Notes under the pieces: model-generated
What the model saw: the letters and a program-made list of their open reading frames with translations, nothing else
Databases searched by the model: none
What the model was told of the DNA's origin: nothing
In this document: positions 51,150-61,382 of the stretch, piece by piece
Position numbering within the stretch: position 1 is the first letter of the stretch
How the letters are laid out: every line of letters begins with the position of its first letter
Source of the DNA: Bdellovibrionales bacterium
GTDB lineage: Bacteria; Bdellovibrionota; Bdellovibrionia; Bdellovibrionales; UBA1609
Reading direction: 5' to 3'
Assembly (NCBI GenBank): GCA_965203095.1
Contig: OZ241877.1
Coordinates: forward strand, 1,248,001-1,312,000
Length of the DNA: 64,000 nucleotides
Position numbers and translations under genes: made by a program

Positions 51150-52411
51150 TTTATTTTGATTATAATTCCACAGCTCCTTATTCCCCTTTGGTGAGGGAGT
51201 ATTTGCAGGCAAATATATTGGAGGATTGGCAAAACCCTTCCTCTGTTTATCCACAAGCACAAGTTTTGGATCAAAGGCTTAAGGAATGCCGAAAAGCTAT
51301 TGCAGAGCATTTGAACTGTTCTCCTAAAAATATGTTTTTCACAAGTGGTGGAACAGAATCCATTAACACCATCTTATCACCGGAAACATTGAGATTGAAC
51401 CAGCTATCCGGTTTTATCACTTCCCCCTTAGAACACCATGCAAGCTTAAAAAGATTGGAATATTTATCTCAAAACAGGAGCTTTTACCAAAAAATTAAAA
51501 GTGAAAAGTATAGTGGAGGGGGGCACGATCCACAAACCAAAATTCATTGGGTAGGACATAATAGCCAAGGGGAGATGGATCTTAACAGTTTGGAGAAAAT
51601 TTGTTCTCAAAACCCTTGTTCTTTGCTTTCCTTTCTGAGTGCTAATAATGAAACTGGGGTAATCAACAATATTCAGGAAATAAGCAAAATTGCCAGAAAA
51701 TATAAATGCCTTGTTCATATAGACATGGCTCAATCCCTTGGAAAAATTTTTATAGATTTAGAGGATGTGGATTTTGCCAGTTTCTCAGGCCATAAAGTGG
51801 GAGCTATGAAGGGCATTGGCCTGCTTTATGCTAAAAAAGCCTTTGCCCCTTTAATGCAGGGCGGAGGGCAAGAGCAAGGTTTTAGGCCGGGGACTTATAA
51901 TTTCCCAGCCATTTACTCTTTAAAATTAGCTGTTCAAGATATTGATTTTTCAAAATGGGAATTTATCAGAAAATTAAGAAATTATTTTGAAAATTCTTTA
52001 TTGGGCAAAAAAGAAGATGAAACAACGCTCTCCGCCCATAAAACCCATTTAACTCCTTTTAAAATTAATTGCCAGGGGGCTAATCGCTTGCCAAACACTA
52101 CCAATCTTTATTGTGGTCCCGGTATAAGCAATCAAGCCGTTTTACTGTTTTTAGCTCAAAGAGGGATATGTGTTTCTACTGGATCAGCTTGCAATGCCGG
52201 ATCCCCTGAGCCTTCCCATGTTCTTACAAACTTAGCAAGATTAGAAACTTTAGATGATCCTTTGTATGATCCAAGGGGATATGCAAGATCCTGCATTAGA
52301 GTTTCTTTTTCCCCTAATAACACAAAACAGGAAGTGGATAATTTGATAGGAGCTTTATATGATTTTCATTCTAAAAACCACCGATTAGATATACCCGCCA
52401 TAACACTTTAA
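51146..52411 (+). CDS. sspA: Cysteine desulfurase (IscS/DndA/SspA-like)
   Basis: IYFDYNST, FTSGGTES, ANNETG, SFSGHK (PLP Lys), STGSAC (catalytic Cys). ATG overlaps the TGA of the upstream gene. Confidence 0.82.
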   Translation: MIYFDYNSTAPYSPLVREYLQANILEDWQNPSSVYPQAQVLDQRLKECRKAIAEHLNCSPKNMFFTSGGTESINTILSPETLRLNQLSGFITSPLEHHASLKRLEYLSQNRSFYQKIKSEKYSGGGHDPQTKIHWVGHNSQGEMDLNSLEKICSQNPCSLLSFLSANNETGVINNIQEISKIARKYKCLVHIDMAQSLGKIFIDLEDVDFASFSGHKVGAMKGIGLLYAKKAFAPLMQGGGQEQGFRPGTYNFPAIYSLKLAVQDIDFSKWEFIRKLRNYFENSLLGKKEDETTLSAHKTHLTPFKINCQGANRLPNTTNLYCGPGISNQAVLLFLAQRGICVSTGSACNAGSPEPSHVLTNLARLETLDDPLYDPRGYARSCIRVSFSPNNTKQEVDNLIGALYDFHSKNHRLDIPAITL

Positions 52412-52496
52412 GTTCAGTGACGGTTGTGGCAGGAAATATTTAATTTGTGACTGATGAAAATAGTTTAGTCCTGGGTATTAAAGGGAGGGTTGTTTT

Positions 52497-53408
52497 TCAG
52501 CTTTTCTTTTTTTCAGAAAAATAGTTTAAAGCCAAAAAGCCAAAAAAAGCAGATGTGGCATAAAAAATAAAAATCAGCTTTTCTTCTGAAAGAACAAAAA
52601 AATCCGTTTTAGGTTCCGTTTTAGATAAGGGGTAAATGGCATAAAGACTGGTTAAAAGCAAGGCGGAGACAAAAGCCATAGTCTCATCAAAATGATTTTT
52701 CAAAAAATAATTCATCCACCGGGCCATAAAAAAGATCCCTAACAGTGCTCCCACAAAAAAACAAAAAATAATAGGGAGATCTCCTGCCTTTAAAGCTAAA
52801 AGTGTTTTTTCATACAAACCCAAAATGAGCAGAATATAAGATCCGGAAAGCCCAGGAATAATCAAAGTGCCCGCCACCACAAAACCGGCGGGGAAAAAAA
52901 GAAAAGGGGAAGGGTTTTTGGCAGGAAAAGAAAAAAGATTTTCCCCAAAAACAAAAACTCCACCACTAAGCAGGAAGAACATACAAAACAAAGTGAGGGT
53001 CCGGCGGGTCTTTTTCATTTCCCTAAAAGGTTTAAAGAGGCTGGCCAAAACCAAACCCACCAGAGCAGAATAAAATGGCAAAGCCCATCGCTCAATAAGC
53101 TCTGGAGCCAGGGCCACAAAAAGGAAAACTGCCAATAAAAGCCCCAACAATAAAGGGCTTAAAAAAGCCCAGTCATAGTTATTCCAAAAAAAAGGGCTTT
53201 TTGGCTTTTTTTTAAACAACAAGTAGGGCCTAATGCTTTTGAAATGCTTAGGCCCAGTTTTAGAAATCTCAAAAATAAGCTTTTTGTAAATGCCCAAAAC
53301 AAAGGCCATAGTTCCGCCGGAAATGCCAGGGAGCATAATGGAAGTCCCTAAAACAAAGCCTTTTAAAATAAGAGTGAGGAGGATCTTTGTCCGGTGAGTG
53401 GGCTTCAA
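52497..53408 (-). CDS. DUF368 family membrane protein
   Basis: PGISGGTMAFVLGIY and IIPGLSGSYILLILGLY repeated motifs. Confidence 0.88.
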   Translation of the reverse strand: MKPTHRTKILLTLILKGFVLGTSIMLPGISGGTMAFVLGIYKKLIFEISKTGPKHFKSIRPYLLFKKKPKSPFFWNNYDWAFLSPLLLGLLLAVFLFVALAPELIERWALPFYSALVGLVLASLFKPFREMKKTRRTLTLFCMFFLLSGGVFVFGENLFSFPAKNPSPFLFFPAGFVVAGTLIIPGLSGSYILLILGLYEKTLLALKAGDLPIIFCFFVGALLGIFFMARWMNYFLKNHFDETMAFVSALLLTSLYAIYPLSKTEPKTDFFVLSEEKLIFIFYATSAFFGFLALNYFSEKKKS

Positions 53409-54766
53409 GGGCGGGCCTCTCTCATTGTGACGAACTCTTCAGCACTGGTGGGATGAATGCCTATGGTTTTGTCCCAATCCGATTTTTTTAATTGGTTTTG
53501 AACCGCCACAGCAAAACCTTGCAAAATCTCCCCAGCAGAGTCGCCTAAAATATGGCAACCTAAAACCCGATCGGTTTTAAGGCAAACAATCAATTTCATG
53601 TAAGTCTTTTCTTGAAATGGGGTCAAAGTGAGTTTTAAAGGTCGGAAATGGCTTTCATAAACTTTGATTTGAAAGCCTTTTTGCAAGGCCTGTTCCTCAC
53701 TCAAGCCCACTGTCCCCACCTCTGGTTGAGTAAAAATAGCAGAAGGGATATTTTCATAATTAAAACCATCATTTTTTTTATTGGCTTTATCGGAAAATAA
53801 TTTTTCACTAACAAAAATTCCCTCATTTAAGGCTACAGGGGTTAAATCATAAGGCCGATGGGCACAGTCCCCTATGGCCAACACATTAGGGCAAGAGGTT
53901 TGAAACTTTTTGTTCACAATAATTTGAGAAGAATCAGTTGAAATGCCCAAATCAGCTAAAGCCAATCCCTCAGTGTTGGCTTTTCGGCCTGTGGCCATTA
54001 AAACCTGATCTCCGGACCAAATATCTCCTTTGCTATCAGTCACATAAAGGCTTTGGCCTTTTTTTTCTATCAATATAGGAGTGCGATGGGCCAGCATTTT
54101 AATATTTTTTTGAGCCATCTCTTTTTGAAGATTTTTTCTTATATCTTTATCAAAACCAGACAAAACAAGCTGTTTTCTAAACATTACAGCTGTATCTGAG
54201 CCTAATCCTTTAAAAATACCGGCAAACTCCAAACCAATATAGCCTGCCCCTAAAACTAACAGAGATTGAGGAAGCTTTTTTAGTAAAAAAAGCTCATCCG
54301 AAGTAATGCAAAGCTCAGCCCCTTTCACTGGTAATTTGTGGGGTCGGCCCCCAACAGCAATCAGAATATATCGAGCAGTATAGGTTTTCCCTTGAACCTC
54401 CACAGTATGAGGCCCTTTTAAAACCCCTGAACCGGGAATATAATCCACATTATGCTTTTTTAAAATTTGCCTGTAGATGTTTTCTAACCGGCGAATTTCC
54501 CTATCTCTTGCACTGTAGAATTGAGACCAATTCAGTTTTGGGCTTTCCTTCAGTTCCCAGCCATAACTTTGAGCCACTTCAAAATCTTTTTTGAATGAGG
54601 AAGCATACAGCATGAGCTTTTTAGGGATACAGCCTCTGATGACACAAGTCCCGCCTAAGCGATCCTTTTCACACAAAGCGACCTTAGCCCCTAAGATAGA
54701 GGACCATCGTGCAGAACGGATACCCCCAGAGCCTCCGCCTATCACAAAAAGGTCATAATCATACAT
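53405..54766 (-). CDS. gor: Glutathione-disulfide reductase
   Basis: GGGSGG, GGTCVIRGCIPKK, LTPVA, GIHPTSAEEFVTMR. Confidence 0.94.
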   Translation of the reverse strand: MYDYDLFVIGGGSGGIRSARWSSILGAKVALCEKDRLGGTCVIRGCIPKKLMLYASSFKKDFEVAQSYGWELKESPKLNWSQFYSARDREIRRLENIYRQILKKHNVDYIPGSGVLKGPHTVEVQGKTYTARYILIAVGGRPHKLPVKGAELCITSDELFLLKKLPQSLLVLGAGYIGLEFAGIFKGLGSDTAVMFRKQLVLSGFDKDIRKNLQKEMAQKNIKMLAHRTPILIEKKGQSLYVTDSKGDIWSGDQVLMATGRKANTEGLALADLGISTDSSQIIVNKKFQTSCPNVLAIGDCAHRPYDLTPVALNEGIFVSEKLFSDKANKKNDGFNYENIPSAIFTQPEVGTVGLSEEQALQKGFQIKVYESHFRPLKLTLTPFQEKTYMKLIVCLKTDRVLGCHILGDSAGEILQGFAVAVQNQLKKSDWDKTIGIHPTSAEEFVTMREARP

Positions 54767-54784
54767 AGCTTGAAAAATAAAGGT

Positions 54785-55384
54785 TCAAAAAAAGGCCATT
54801 TGCCCCGCTGTTTGAGAATAAGGAAACTTCAAAGCCTGCCGACCGGAAAGCCGAATAAGCTCTTGAACATCATTTGTGGAGAGAGAGTTCTTTTTTAAAA
54901 TATGCGTGAAAAGATAGCCACAGTGAAGGGCATCATTTTTCGCCCTGTGAAAACCACTCCCTTTAATTTTAAGATAACGACAAAGGGTTGAGAGTTTGTA
55001 ATTGGCTAAACCGGGAAAGCTCTTTCTGGCCAGTTGGCAAGTATCTAAAACCGATCCTGTAGGGGCGGGGGCTTCCTGCTCTTCGATCGCCCGACGGAGA
55101 AATTGAAAATCAAAAGGGGCATTGTGAGCCACTAAAAGACTATTCCCGCAAAATTGAGCGAAAGAAGGCAAAACTTCTTTAATAGGAGGTTGCCCTTTAA
55201 GCATCTCATCTGTAATCCCGTTGACGGCAGAAGCCTGTTCGGGAATGGGAATATCAATAGAAACCAGTTGTTGGTAGGATTCTTTCAGCTCGCCGTTTTC
55301 AAACCGCACAGCCCCTAATTCCACAATCTGATCGGCATGACTTAAGGTGCCTGTAGTCTCTAAATCAAAACTGACAAAATCCAT
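54785..55384 (-). CDS. DEDDh 3'-5' exonuclease (DnaQ/PolC-exonuclease-like)
   Basis: FDLETTG, VAHNAPFD, HRAKNDA. Confidence 0.9.
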   Translation of the reverse strand: MDFVSFDLETTGTLSHADQIVELGAVRFENGELKESYQQLVSIDIPIPEQASAVNGITDEMLKGQPPIKEVLPSFAQFCGNSLLVAHNAPFDFQFLRRAIEEQEAPAPTGSVLDTCQLARKSFPGLANYKLSTLCRYLKIKGSGFHRAKNDALHCGYLFTHILKKNSLSTNDVQELIRLSGRQALKFPYSQTAGQMAFF

Positions 55385-55627
55385 AAAAGCTCCTTTTTAA
55401 CTTATACTCGATCACATTTGATTTAAAAAAGAAAATTCGCCCTGTGTCAAAGCCTTTAAAAAGCCCTCCGTGAAAAAGTTAGTTCAAAAGTGGCTGAGTT
55501 TTAAAAAATTTTTGAATTGACCTCATCCTATTTTCTCTATTTTAATAAAGAGGGCAAAAAAGCTCCCTGTTTGAACAGGAGCTGGCTTATTCTATGAAAA
55601 TTCAAAACAGAGCCTAAGAGTTAAAAA

Positions 55628-57181
55628 ATGATTTTAGAACCTTTAATAGATTTCAATTCAGAGGAATTTAAAACTAACCGATCGGCTATGTTGGCCCGTG
55701 TGGCAAAGTTTCATAAAAGCTCAGAGGAGGTTTTCTCAGAGGGGTATCAGTCTGTTGGTAAAAAACTTCCTGTTCGAAAAAGGATTGAGCTTTTAAAAGA
55801 CCCTCAAACCGAATTTTTAGAATTTTCCCCTTTGGCCGGCTATAAAGTTTATGGGAAAAACTCTGCGGGTATAATTACTGGTGTGGCTCAGGTGTCCGGC
55901 CGAAAATGCGTGATTGTGGCCAACAACCCGGCAGTGAAAGGGGGAGCTTATTACCCCTTAACTGTTAAAAAACATTTACGAGCACAGGAAATAGCTTTAG
56001 AAAACCACTTACCCTGCATTTATTTAGTAGATAGTGGAGGGGCTTTTTTGCCTTTGCAGGCAGAGGTTTTTCCCGATAAGGATCATTTTGGAAGAATTTT
56101 TTACAATCAAGCTCAGCTCTCTGCTAAAGCCTGCCCTCAAATTTCTGTTGTGTTAGGGAGTTGCACTGCTGGCGGAGCTTATGTGCCCGCTATGTCAGAC
56201 GAAAATATAATCGTTCAAAATCAGGGAACTGTTTTTTTAGGAGGCCCCCCTTTAGTGGAGGCCGCTACGGGGGAAAAAGTCAGTGCTGAGGACTTGGGCG
56301 GGGCTTCCCTCCACTGTAGAACTTCTGGAGTTTGTGATCATCTCTCTTTAACGGAAGAAAAGGCTTTGCAAAAAGCTCGGCAAATCATTTCTCGCTTAGG
56401 TGCCAGCCTCCAGGACAAAAATAATGGAAAGCCCCTTCGTGAACCTCTTTATCCTTTAAAAAATCTTTATGGGATGATGCCTCCTTCTTTAAAAAAACCA
56501 GTGAATATGAAAAACATTTTGGCTTTCATTTTAGATGGCAGTGAGATAGATGAGTTTAAACCAGAGTATGGCCAAAGCCTCTTGACCGGCTGGGCTTATA
56601 TTTGCGGTTCTTTAGTTGGCATTGTGGCTAATAATGGGGTTTTATTTTCTGAAAGTGCTTTAAAAGCCTGCCATTTTATCGATCTTTGTGATCAACGGGG
56701 CATCCCTTTGGTTTTTTTTCAAAACATTACGGGCTTTATGGTGGGTAAGGAGTATGAAGAGCGGGGGATTGCTAAAGACGGAGCTAAAATGGTGACAGCA
56801 GTGAGTTTGGTTAGAGTGCCTAAATTCACTGTGATTGTGGGAGGTTCTTTTGGTGCAGGCAACTATGGTTTGTGTGGGAGGGCTTATCAGCCTCGGTTTT
56901 TGTGGATCTGGCCTTCAGCCCATATCTCTGTAATGGGGGGAGAGCAGGCCAGCAGTGTTCTGTGGGCATTAAAGAAAGGAACAGGGGCCAAAGAGGAAGA
57001 AGTTAAAAAGCCCATTTTGGAAAAATATGAAAAAGAAAGCTGTCCTTATTTTGCCACAGCTCGGCTTTGGGATGATGGCTTGATTGATCCTTTAGACACC
57101 AGAAAAGTTTTGGCTATGGGCTTAAACCTTGCTGGCAAAACTCCCGGAACTCTAAGGCAAAAAGCAGTTTATAGAATGTAA
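55628..57181 (+). CDS. Methylcrotonoyl-CoA carboxylase carboxyltransferase subunit
   Basis: [49 protein letters not shown]. Confidence 0.9.
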   Translation: MILEPLIDFNSEEFKTNRSAMLARVAKFHKSSEEVFSEGYQSVGKKLPVRKRIELLKDPQTEFLEFSPLAGYKVYGKNSAGIITGVAQVSGRKCVIVANNPAVKGGAYYPLTVKKHLRAQEIALENHLPCIYLVDSGGAFLPLQAEVFPDKDHFGRIFYNQAQLSAKACPQISVVLGSCTAGGAYVPAMSDENIIVQNQGTVFLGGPPLVEAATGEKVSAEDLGGASLHCRTSGVCDHLSLTEEKALQKARQIISRLGASLQDKNNGKPLREPLYPLKNLYGMMPPSLKKPVNMKNILAFILDGSEIDEFKPEYGQSLLTGWAYICGSLVGIVANNGVLFSESALKACHFIDLCDQRGIPLVFFQNITGFMVGKEYEERGIAKDGAKMVTAVSLVRVPKFTVIVGGSFGAGNYGLCGRAYQPRFLWIWPSAHISVMGGEQASSVLWALKKGTGAKEEEVKKPILEKYEKESCPYFATARLWDDGLIDPLDTRKVLAMGLNLAGKTPGTLRQKAVYRM

Positions 57182-57308
57182 GCCTCCGGCTTTTTTGGCA
57201 GGCCCACAATTTAATTTCTATGGAAATAGCCCTGCCACTTTTATCTATTTTAACATAAGCCAGTAAAAATAACTTGATAAGGCGGGAATTTTCAAGCAAA
57301 ACCAATAT

Positions 57309-58082
57309 ATGCCTACAGTTCTTGTTCATAAATTAAAAGAAGGCCGAGTTTGCCATCTGCAACTGAATCTTCCAGAAAAAAGAAATATTTTATCCTTAGA
57401 GGCCATTCAATCTTTAACAGCTCACTTAGAGGCTTTAAGCCAGGACCCTCATATTCATTTACTGCTTTTGTCTGGTAAGGGAGGGCATTTTTGTGCTGGA
57501 GGAGATCTGCGTTGGATGGTTCTCTCTCAAGAAAGCTCTGATTTGGAAAATATCAATCAAGTCAATTTACTGGCTAAAATGTTTTATACTCTTTCGGCTT
57601 TCCCCTTTCCTGTGATTGGGGAAATACAAGGTTCTGTTTTTGGAGGAGGGTTAGGCTTAATCGCACTTTGTGACATAGCTTTGGCCCATAAAGACTCTCA
57701 GTTTTGTTTTAGTGAGTTGAAGTTGGCCCTTGTGCCCGCACTGATTGCCCCTTTTGTTTTTAAAAAAATGCCTTTTTCCGCAGGGAGGGAGCTTATGCTG
57801 TCGGCCAGAGTTTTTAAAGCGGAGGAGGCTAAAAACTTAGGTTTGATTCACTTTGTGGGAGATAAAAAAGAATGTGATAGCTATTTAAATAAAACTATTG
57901 ATCAGATTTTAAATAATGACAAGATCGCTTTGAAACAAACTAAAAAACTTTTTTCAGTTTTGCCAGGGCTTTCTGAATCGGAGATGAGGGAATACACTGT
58001 TCAAGCTCTGGCGGAGAGGAGAAAAAGCCCAGAGGTTTCTAAACGAATAACTCGATTTTTAAAATCCCGGAAAAAAATTTGA
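57309..58082 (+). CDS. Enoyl-CoA hydratase family (methylglutaconyl-CoA hydratase-like)
   Basis: FCAGGDL, FGGGLGL, FSELKLAL; leucine-degradation cluster context. Confidence 0.85.
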   Translation: MPTVLVHKLKEGRVCHLQLNLPEKRNILSLEAIQSLTAHLEALSQDPHIHLLLLSGKGGHFCAGGDLRWMVLSQESSDLENINQVNLLAKMFYTLSAFPFPVIGEIQGSVFGGGLGLIALCDIALAHKDSQFCFSELKLALVPALIAPFVFKKMPFSAGRELMLSARVFKAEEAKNLGLIHFVGDKKECDSYLNKTIDQILNNDKIALKQTKKLFSVLPGLSESEMREYTVQALAERRKSPEVSKRITRFLKSRKKI

Positions 58083-58163
58083 GATGTTTAATTTTTGCAT
58101 AAGTCTGTCAAGTCTAAAAAAAGAATTGGCTTTTGAGAATGAGGTAAAACACTTTTAAAAAAT

Positions 58164-59642
58164 ATGGCTGTAATTAAAAAAGTAGCTGTGGCTAACCGAG
58201 GGGAAATCGCTAAAAGAATCCTTGGGGTTTGCCGGGAGATGGGCTTGCAAACGGTTTTACTTTATTCTGCCGGGGACAGGCAAAACGAAGCGTTTCGCTT
58301 AGCAGATGAGCGAATTTGCATCGGCCCTTCAGACCCTACTGAGTCTTATTTAAGTATTGAAAAGAATATCAATGGAGCTTTGTCCTCTGGGGCAGAGGCC
58401 CTTCATCCCGGCTATGGTTTTTTGTCTGAAAATTCGGAGTTGGCCCGGCAGTGTGAAAACAAGGGTCTTATTTTTATTGGTCCTCCTGCAGGGGCCATTT
58501 CGCTTTTAGGGAATAAAATTTCCAGCAAAAAACTGGCAGAAAAAGTGGGTGTGCCTACTCTCCCGGCCACAGGTGATTCTCACTCAGAGGAGTTTTTTGT
58601 TCAAAAAGCAAAGGAGATGTCTTACCCCGTCCTGATTAAAGCGGTTTGTGGCGGAGGAGGGCGAGCTTTAAGCTTGGTTCATAACGAAAAAGAATTAAAA
58701 CAAGCCCTGCCCTTAGCCCGTTTGTCCGCTTTGCAGAATTTTGGCAGTGAAGATGTTTTTTTGGAAAAATATTTATCTCAAGCAAAACATATTGAAGTTC
58801 AATTTTTTGTTTCAGCTGATAAAGAATTTTTTATTTTAGGCGATAGGGATTGCTCTTTGCAAAGGAGGCGTCAAAAAGTTATTGAGACTGCCCCCTCAGG
58901 CTTATCTCAAAAAATAAAGCGAGAAATGGAAGAGGCTTGCCGTGCTCTATGCCTCTCTTTAGATTATCGGTCAGCAGGAACTGTAGAATTTTTAGTTCAG
59001 GATGAAAAATTTTATTTTATGGAAATAAATACAAGATTACAGGTGGAGCACACAGTGACAGAAATGATTTATGGTGTGGATTTAGTAAGGGCACAAATTT
59101 TAACTGCTATGGGGCAACCTGCTTTTTGGAATAATGATATGAAACCCAAGGGATACAGTCTCCAGTGCCGGATATGTGCTGAAGATCCTCATCAAAATTT
59201 TTTACCTTCTGCTGGGCCTTTATTGTTTTGCCAGTGGCCCCAAGGAAGAGCTGTCCGGGGGGATACAGCTTATCAAACTGGGGATCTGATCTCTGCTCTC
59301 TATGATTCTTTAATGGCCAAAATTATTGTTTGGGATGACTCGCGGGTGAGGGCTATAGAAAAAATGAAAAAGGCTTTAGAAGAGACAATTATTTTTGGAG
59401 TTCAAACAAATATTCCGTTTTTAAATTGGCTTTTATCACATGAAGAGTTTATTGCTGATAAAGCCCAAACTCACAGTTTGGAAAGTTGGCACTCTTCTAA
59501 ATGGAGGGCGGAGGCTTTGCCTTTCCCTAAGGGCTTTCTTCAAGATTTTTTTAAAGAGTTGGAGGAACATCCTATTGATAACACAAAAAAGATTTCCTCT
59601 TTTAACCCTTGGTCTTATTTTTACAAACCCAACAAGAGTTAG
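58164..59642 (+). CDS. Biotin carboxylase subunit of an acyl-CoA carboxylase
   Basis: ANRGEIA, HPGYGFLSEN, RDCSLQRRRQKVIE, FMEINTRLQVEH, YDSLMAK. Confidence 0.93.
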   Translation: MAVIKKVAVANRGEIAKRILGVCREMGLQTVLLYSAGDRQNEAFRLADERICIGPSDPTESYLSIEKNINGALSSGAEALHPGYGFLSENSELARQCENKGLIFIGPPAGAISLLGNKISSKKLAEKVGVPTLPATGDSHSEEFFVQKAKEMSYPVLIKAVCGGGGRALSLVHNEKELKQALPLARLSALQNFGSEDVFLEKYLSQAKHIEVQFFVSADKEFFILGDRDCSLQRRRQKVIETAPSGLSQKIKREMEEACRALCLSLDYRSAGTVEFLVQDEKFYFMEINTRLQVEHTVTEMIYGVDLVRAQILTAMGQPAFWNNDMKPKGYSLQCRICAEDPHQNFLPSAGPLLFCQWPQGRAVRGDTAYQTGDLISALYDSLMAKIIVWDDSRVRAIEKMKKALEETIIFGVQTNIPFLNWLLSHEEFIADKAQTHSLESWHSSKWRAEALPFPKGFLQDFFKELEEHPIDNTKKISSFNPWSYFYKPNKS

Positions 59643-59644
59643 CC

Positions 59645-60016
59645 ATGATTTTTTTTGACAGAGAATGGAAAGGCAAAAACTACAGATTTTATGCACAAAA
59701 AGACGGGCAGTTTTTGTGGATACATTTCCAGGGGAGAACTTGGCTTTGGAATAGCAAAAAAACAGCTCCTAAGGCGGAAAAAGCGAGATTAAAAAAACAA
59801 AGCCTTATCAAGTCGGCTTTACCGGGGCAAATCCAAAAGATCAATGTCAAAAAAAATGAAATGATAAAAAAAGGGCAAAGCCTTTTGATAATGTCGGCTA
59901 TGAAGATAGAATACGATTTTAAAGCGGAAGGGTCGGGCCAAGTGGAGGAGGTTTTTTGCACCCCTCATCAGGTTGTGCCTGTTGGTCAAAAGCTTATGAA
60001 AATAAAATATTTTTAG
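59645..60016 (+). CDS. Biotin carboxyl carrier protein
   Basis: SAMKIE biotinyl-Lys motif; ATG just after the carboxylase stop. Confidence 0.82.
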   Translation: MIFFDREWKGKNYRFYAQKDGQFLWIHFQGRTWLWNSKKTAPKAEKARLKKQSLIKSALPGQIQKINVKKNEMIKKGQSLLIMSAMKIEYDFKAEGSGQVEEVFCTPHQVVPVGQKLMKIKYF

Positions 60017-60083
60017 ATAAATGGATTAAAAAATTGAAAGAAAAGGATGAGTTGGTATATAAAAAGGAAAGCGGGAGGTTTTT

Positions 60084-61382
60084 TTGATTTCTAATATATT
60101 TATAAAAGATCTGGCTGAGTTTGAGGGGAAGGAGGTCCGGCTGAAGGGCTGGCTTTGCCAATTCCGATCCAGCGGGAAAATCTCTTTTTTGGTTTTAAGG
60201 GATGGCACGGGGGAAATTCAATGCGTGTTTTCTGAAAAAACAAGTGAAAAAGAGAGTTTAAACCATCTCTCTAAAGTGAGTTTAGAGTGCTCAGTTCAAG
60301 TTGAGGGAAAAGTTAAAAAATGGAAACAAGGTTTTGAGATAGAGGCTCGCTATCTCAAAATTTTATCTCATAGCCACAACTACCCCATAGCCAAAAAATC
60401 TCATGGGGTGGATTTTCTCTTAAAGCATAGGCATCTTTGGTTGAGGTCTAAAAGGCAAAGGGCCATACTCTATATTCGTAATAAGGTAGGGCAAAATATT
60501 CATCGTTTTTTCCAAAAAGAGAATTTTGTTCAAATAGATACCCCTATCCTTATGCCCACAAGCAGTGAGGGGACTTCCTCTTTGTTTTCTGTCCGGTTTT
60601 TTGAGGAGGAAGATGTTTTTTTAAGCCAAAGTGGGCAGTTGCATGCTGAGGCGACGGTGCCTGCTTTTAGCCGAGTTTATTCCTTCGGCCCTACCTTTCG
60701 GGCGGAAAAATCCAGCACCCGGCGCCACCTGTTGGAGTTTTGGATGATAGAACCAGAAATGGCTTTTTGCACCTATCAAGAGGCCATGTCTATAGCAGAA
60801 AATTTGATAGAGTTTGTTGTTCAAAAAACCATTTCTTCTTGCAAAAGCCAGTTTGAAGTTTTAGGTAGGGATCTTAGCGGTTTAAAAAAAATTAAAGCTC
60901 CATTTCCTAAAATAAGTTATCAGTCGGCTTGTGAGATTTTAAAAGCTAAAAACCCGGATTTTCTCCCTGGAAAAGACTTTGGCGGGGCAGACGAAAGCAT
61001 TTTGAGCCAAGAGTTTGATCGCCCGGTTTTTGTCCATCACTACCCTAAAAACATTAAGGCTTTTTATATGAAAGAAGATCCTGAAGATCCTCAGCTGTCC
61101 TTAAGTTTTGATCTTTTAGGCACAGAATCTTGCGGAGAGCTTATTGGGGGCAGTCAAAGGGAGGATGACTTGGAGCTTTTAAAACAAAACATAAAAACTT
61201 TTGGCCTGGATGAAAAACACTTGGATTGGTATTTGGATTTAAGACGCTATGGCAGTTTCCCGCATTCTGGTTTTGGTTTGGGTTTAGAGAGGTTGGTCAG
61301 TTGGCTTTGTGCTTTAGATCATGTCCGGGAGGCCATCCCCTTCCCCCGCTTGTATGGTCGCTCTTTTTTTGAAAAAGGCTGA
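60084..61382 (+). CDS. asnS: Asparagine--tRNA ligase
   Basis: OB-fold FLVLRDGTG, LSQSGQL, FRAEKSSTRRHLLEFWMIEPE, GELIGGSQRE, GFGLGLER. Confidence 0.94.
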   Translation: MISNIFIKDLAEFEGKEVRLKGWLCQFRSSGKISFLVLRDGTGEIQCVFSEKTSEKESLNHLSKVSLECSVQVEGKVKKWKQGFEIEARYLKILSHSHNYPIAKKSHGVDFLLKHRHLWLRSKRQRAILYIRNKVGQNIHRFFQKENFVQIDTPILMPTSSEGTSSLFSVRFFEEEDVFLSQSGQLHAEATVPAFSRVYSFGPTFRAEKSSTRRHLLEFWMIEPEMAFCTYQEAMSIAENLIEFVVQKTISSCKSQFEVLGRDLSGLKKIKAPFPKISYQSACEILKAKNPDFLPGKDFGGADESILSQEFDRPVFVHHYPKNIKAFYMKEDPEDPQLSLSFDLLGTESCGELIGGSQREDDLELLKQNIKTFGLDEKHLDWYLDLRRYGSFPHSGFGLGLERLVSWLCALDHVREAIPFPRLYGRSFFEKG

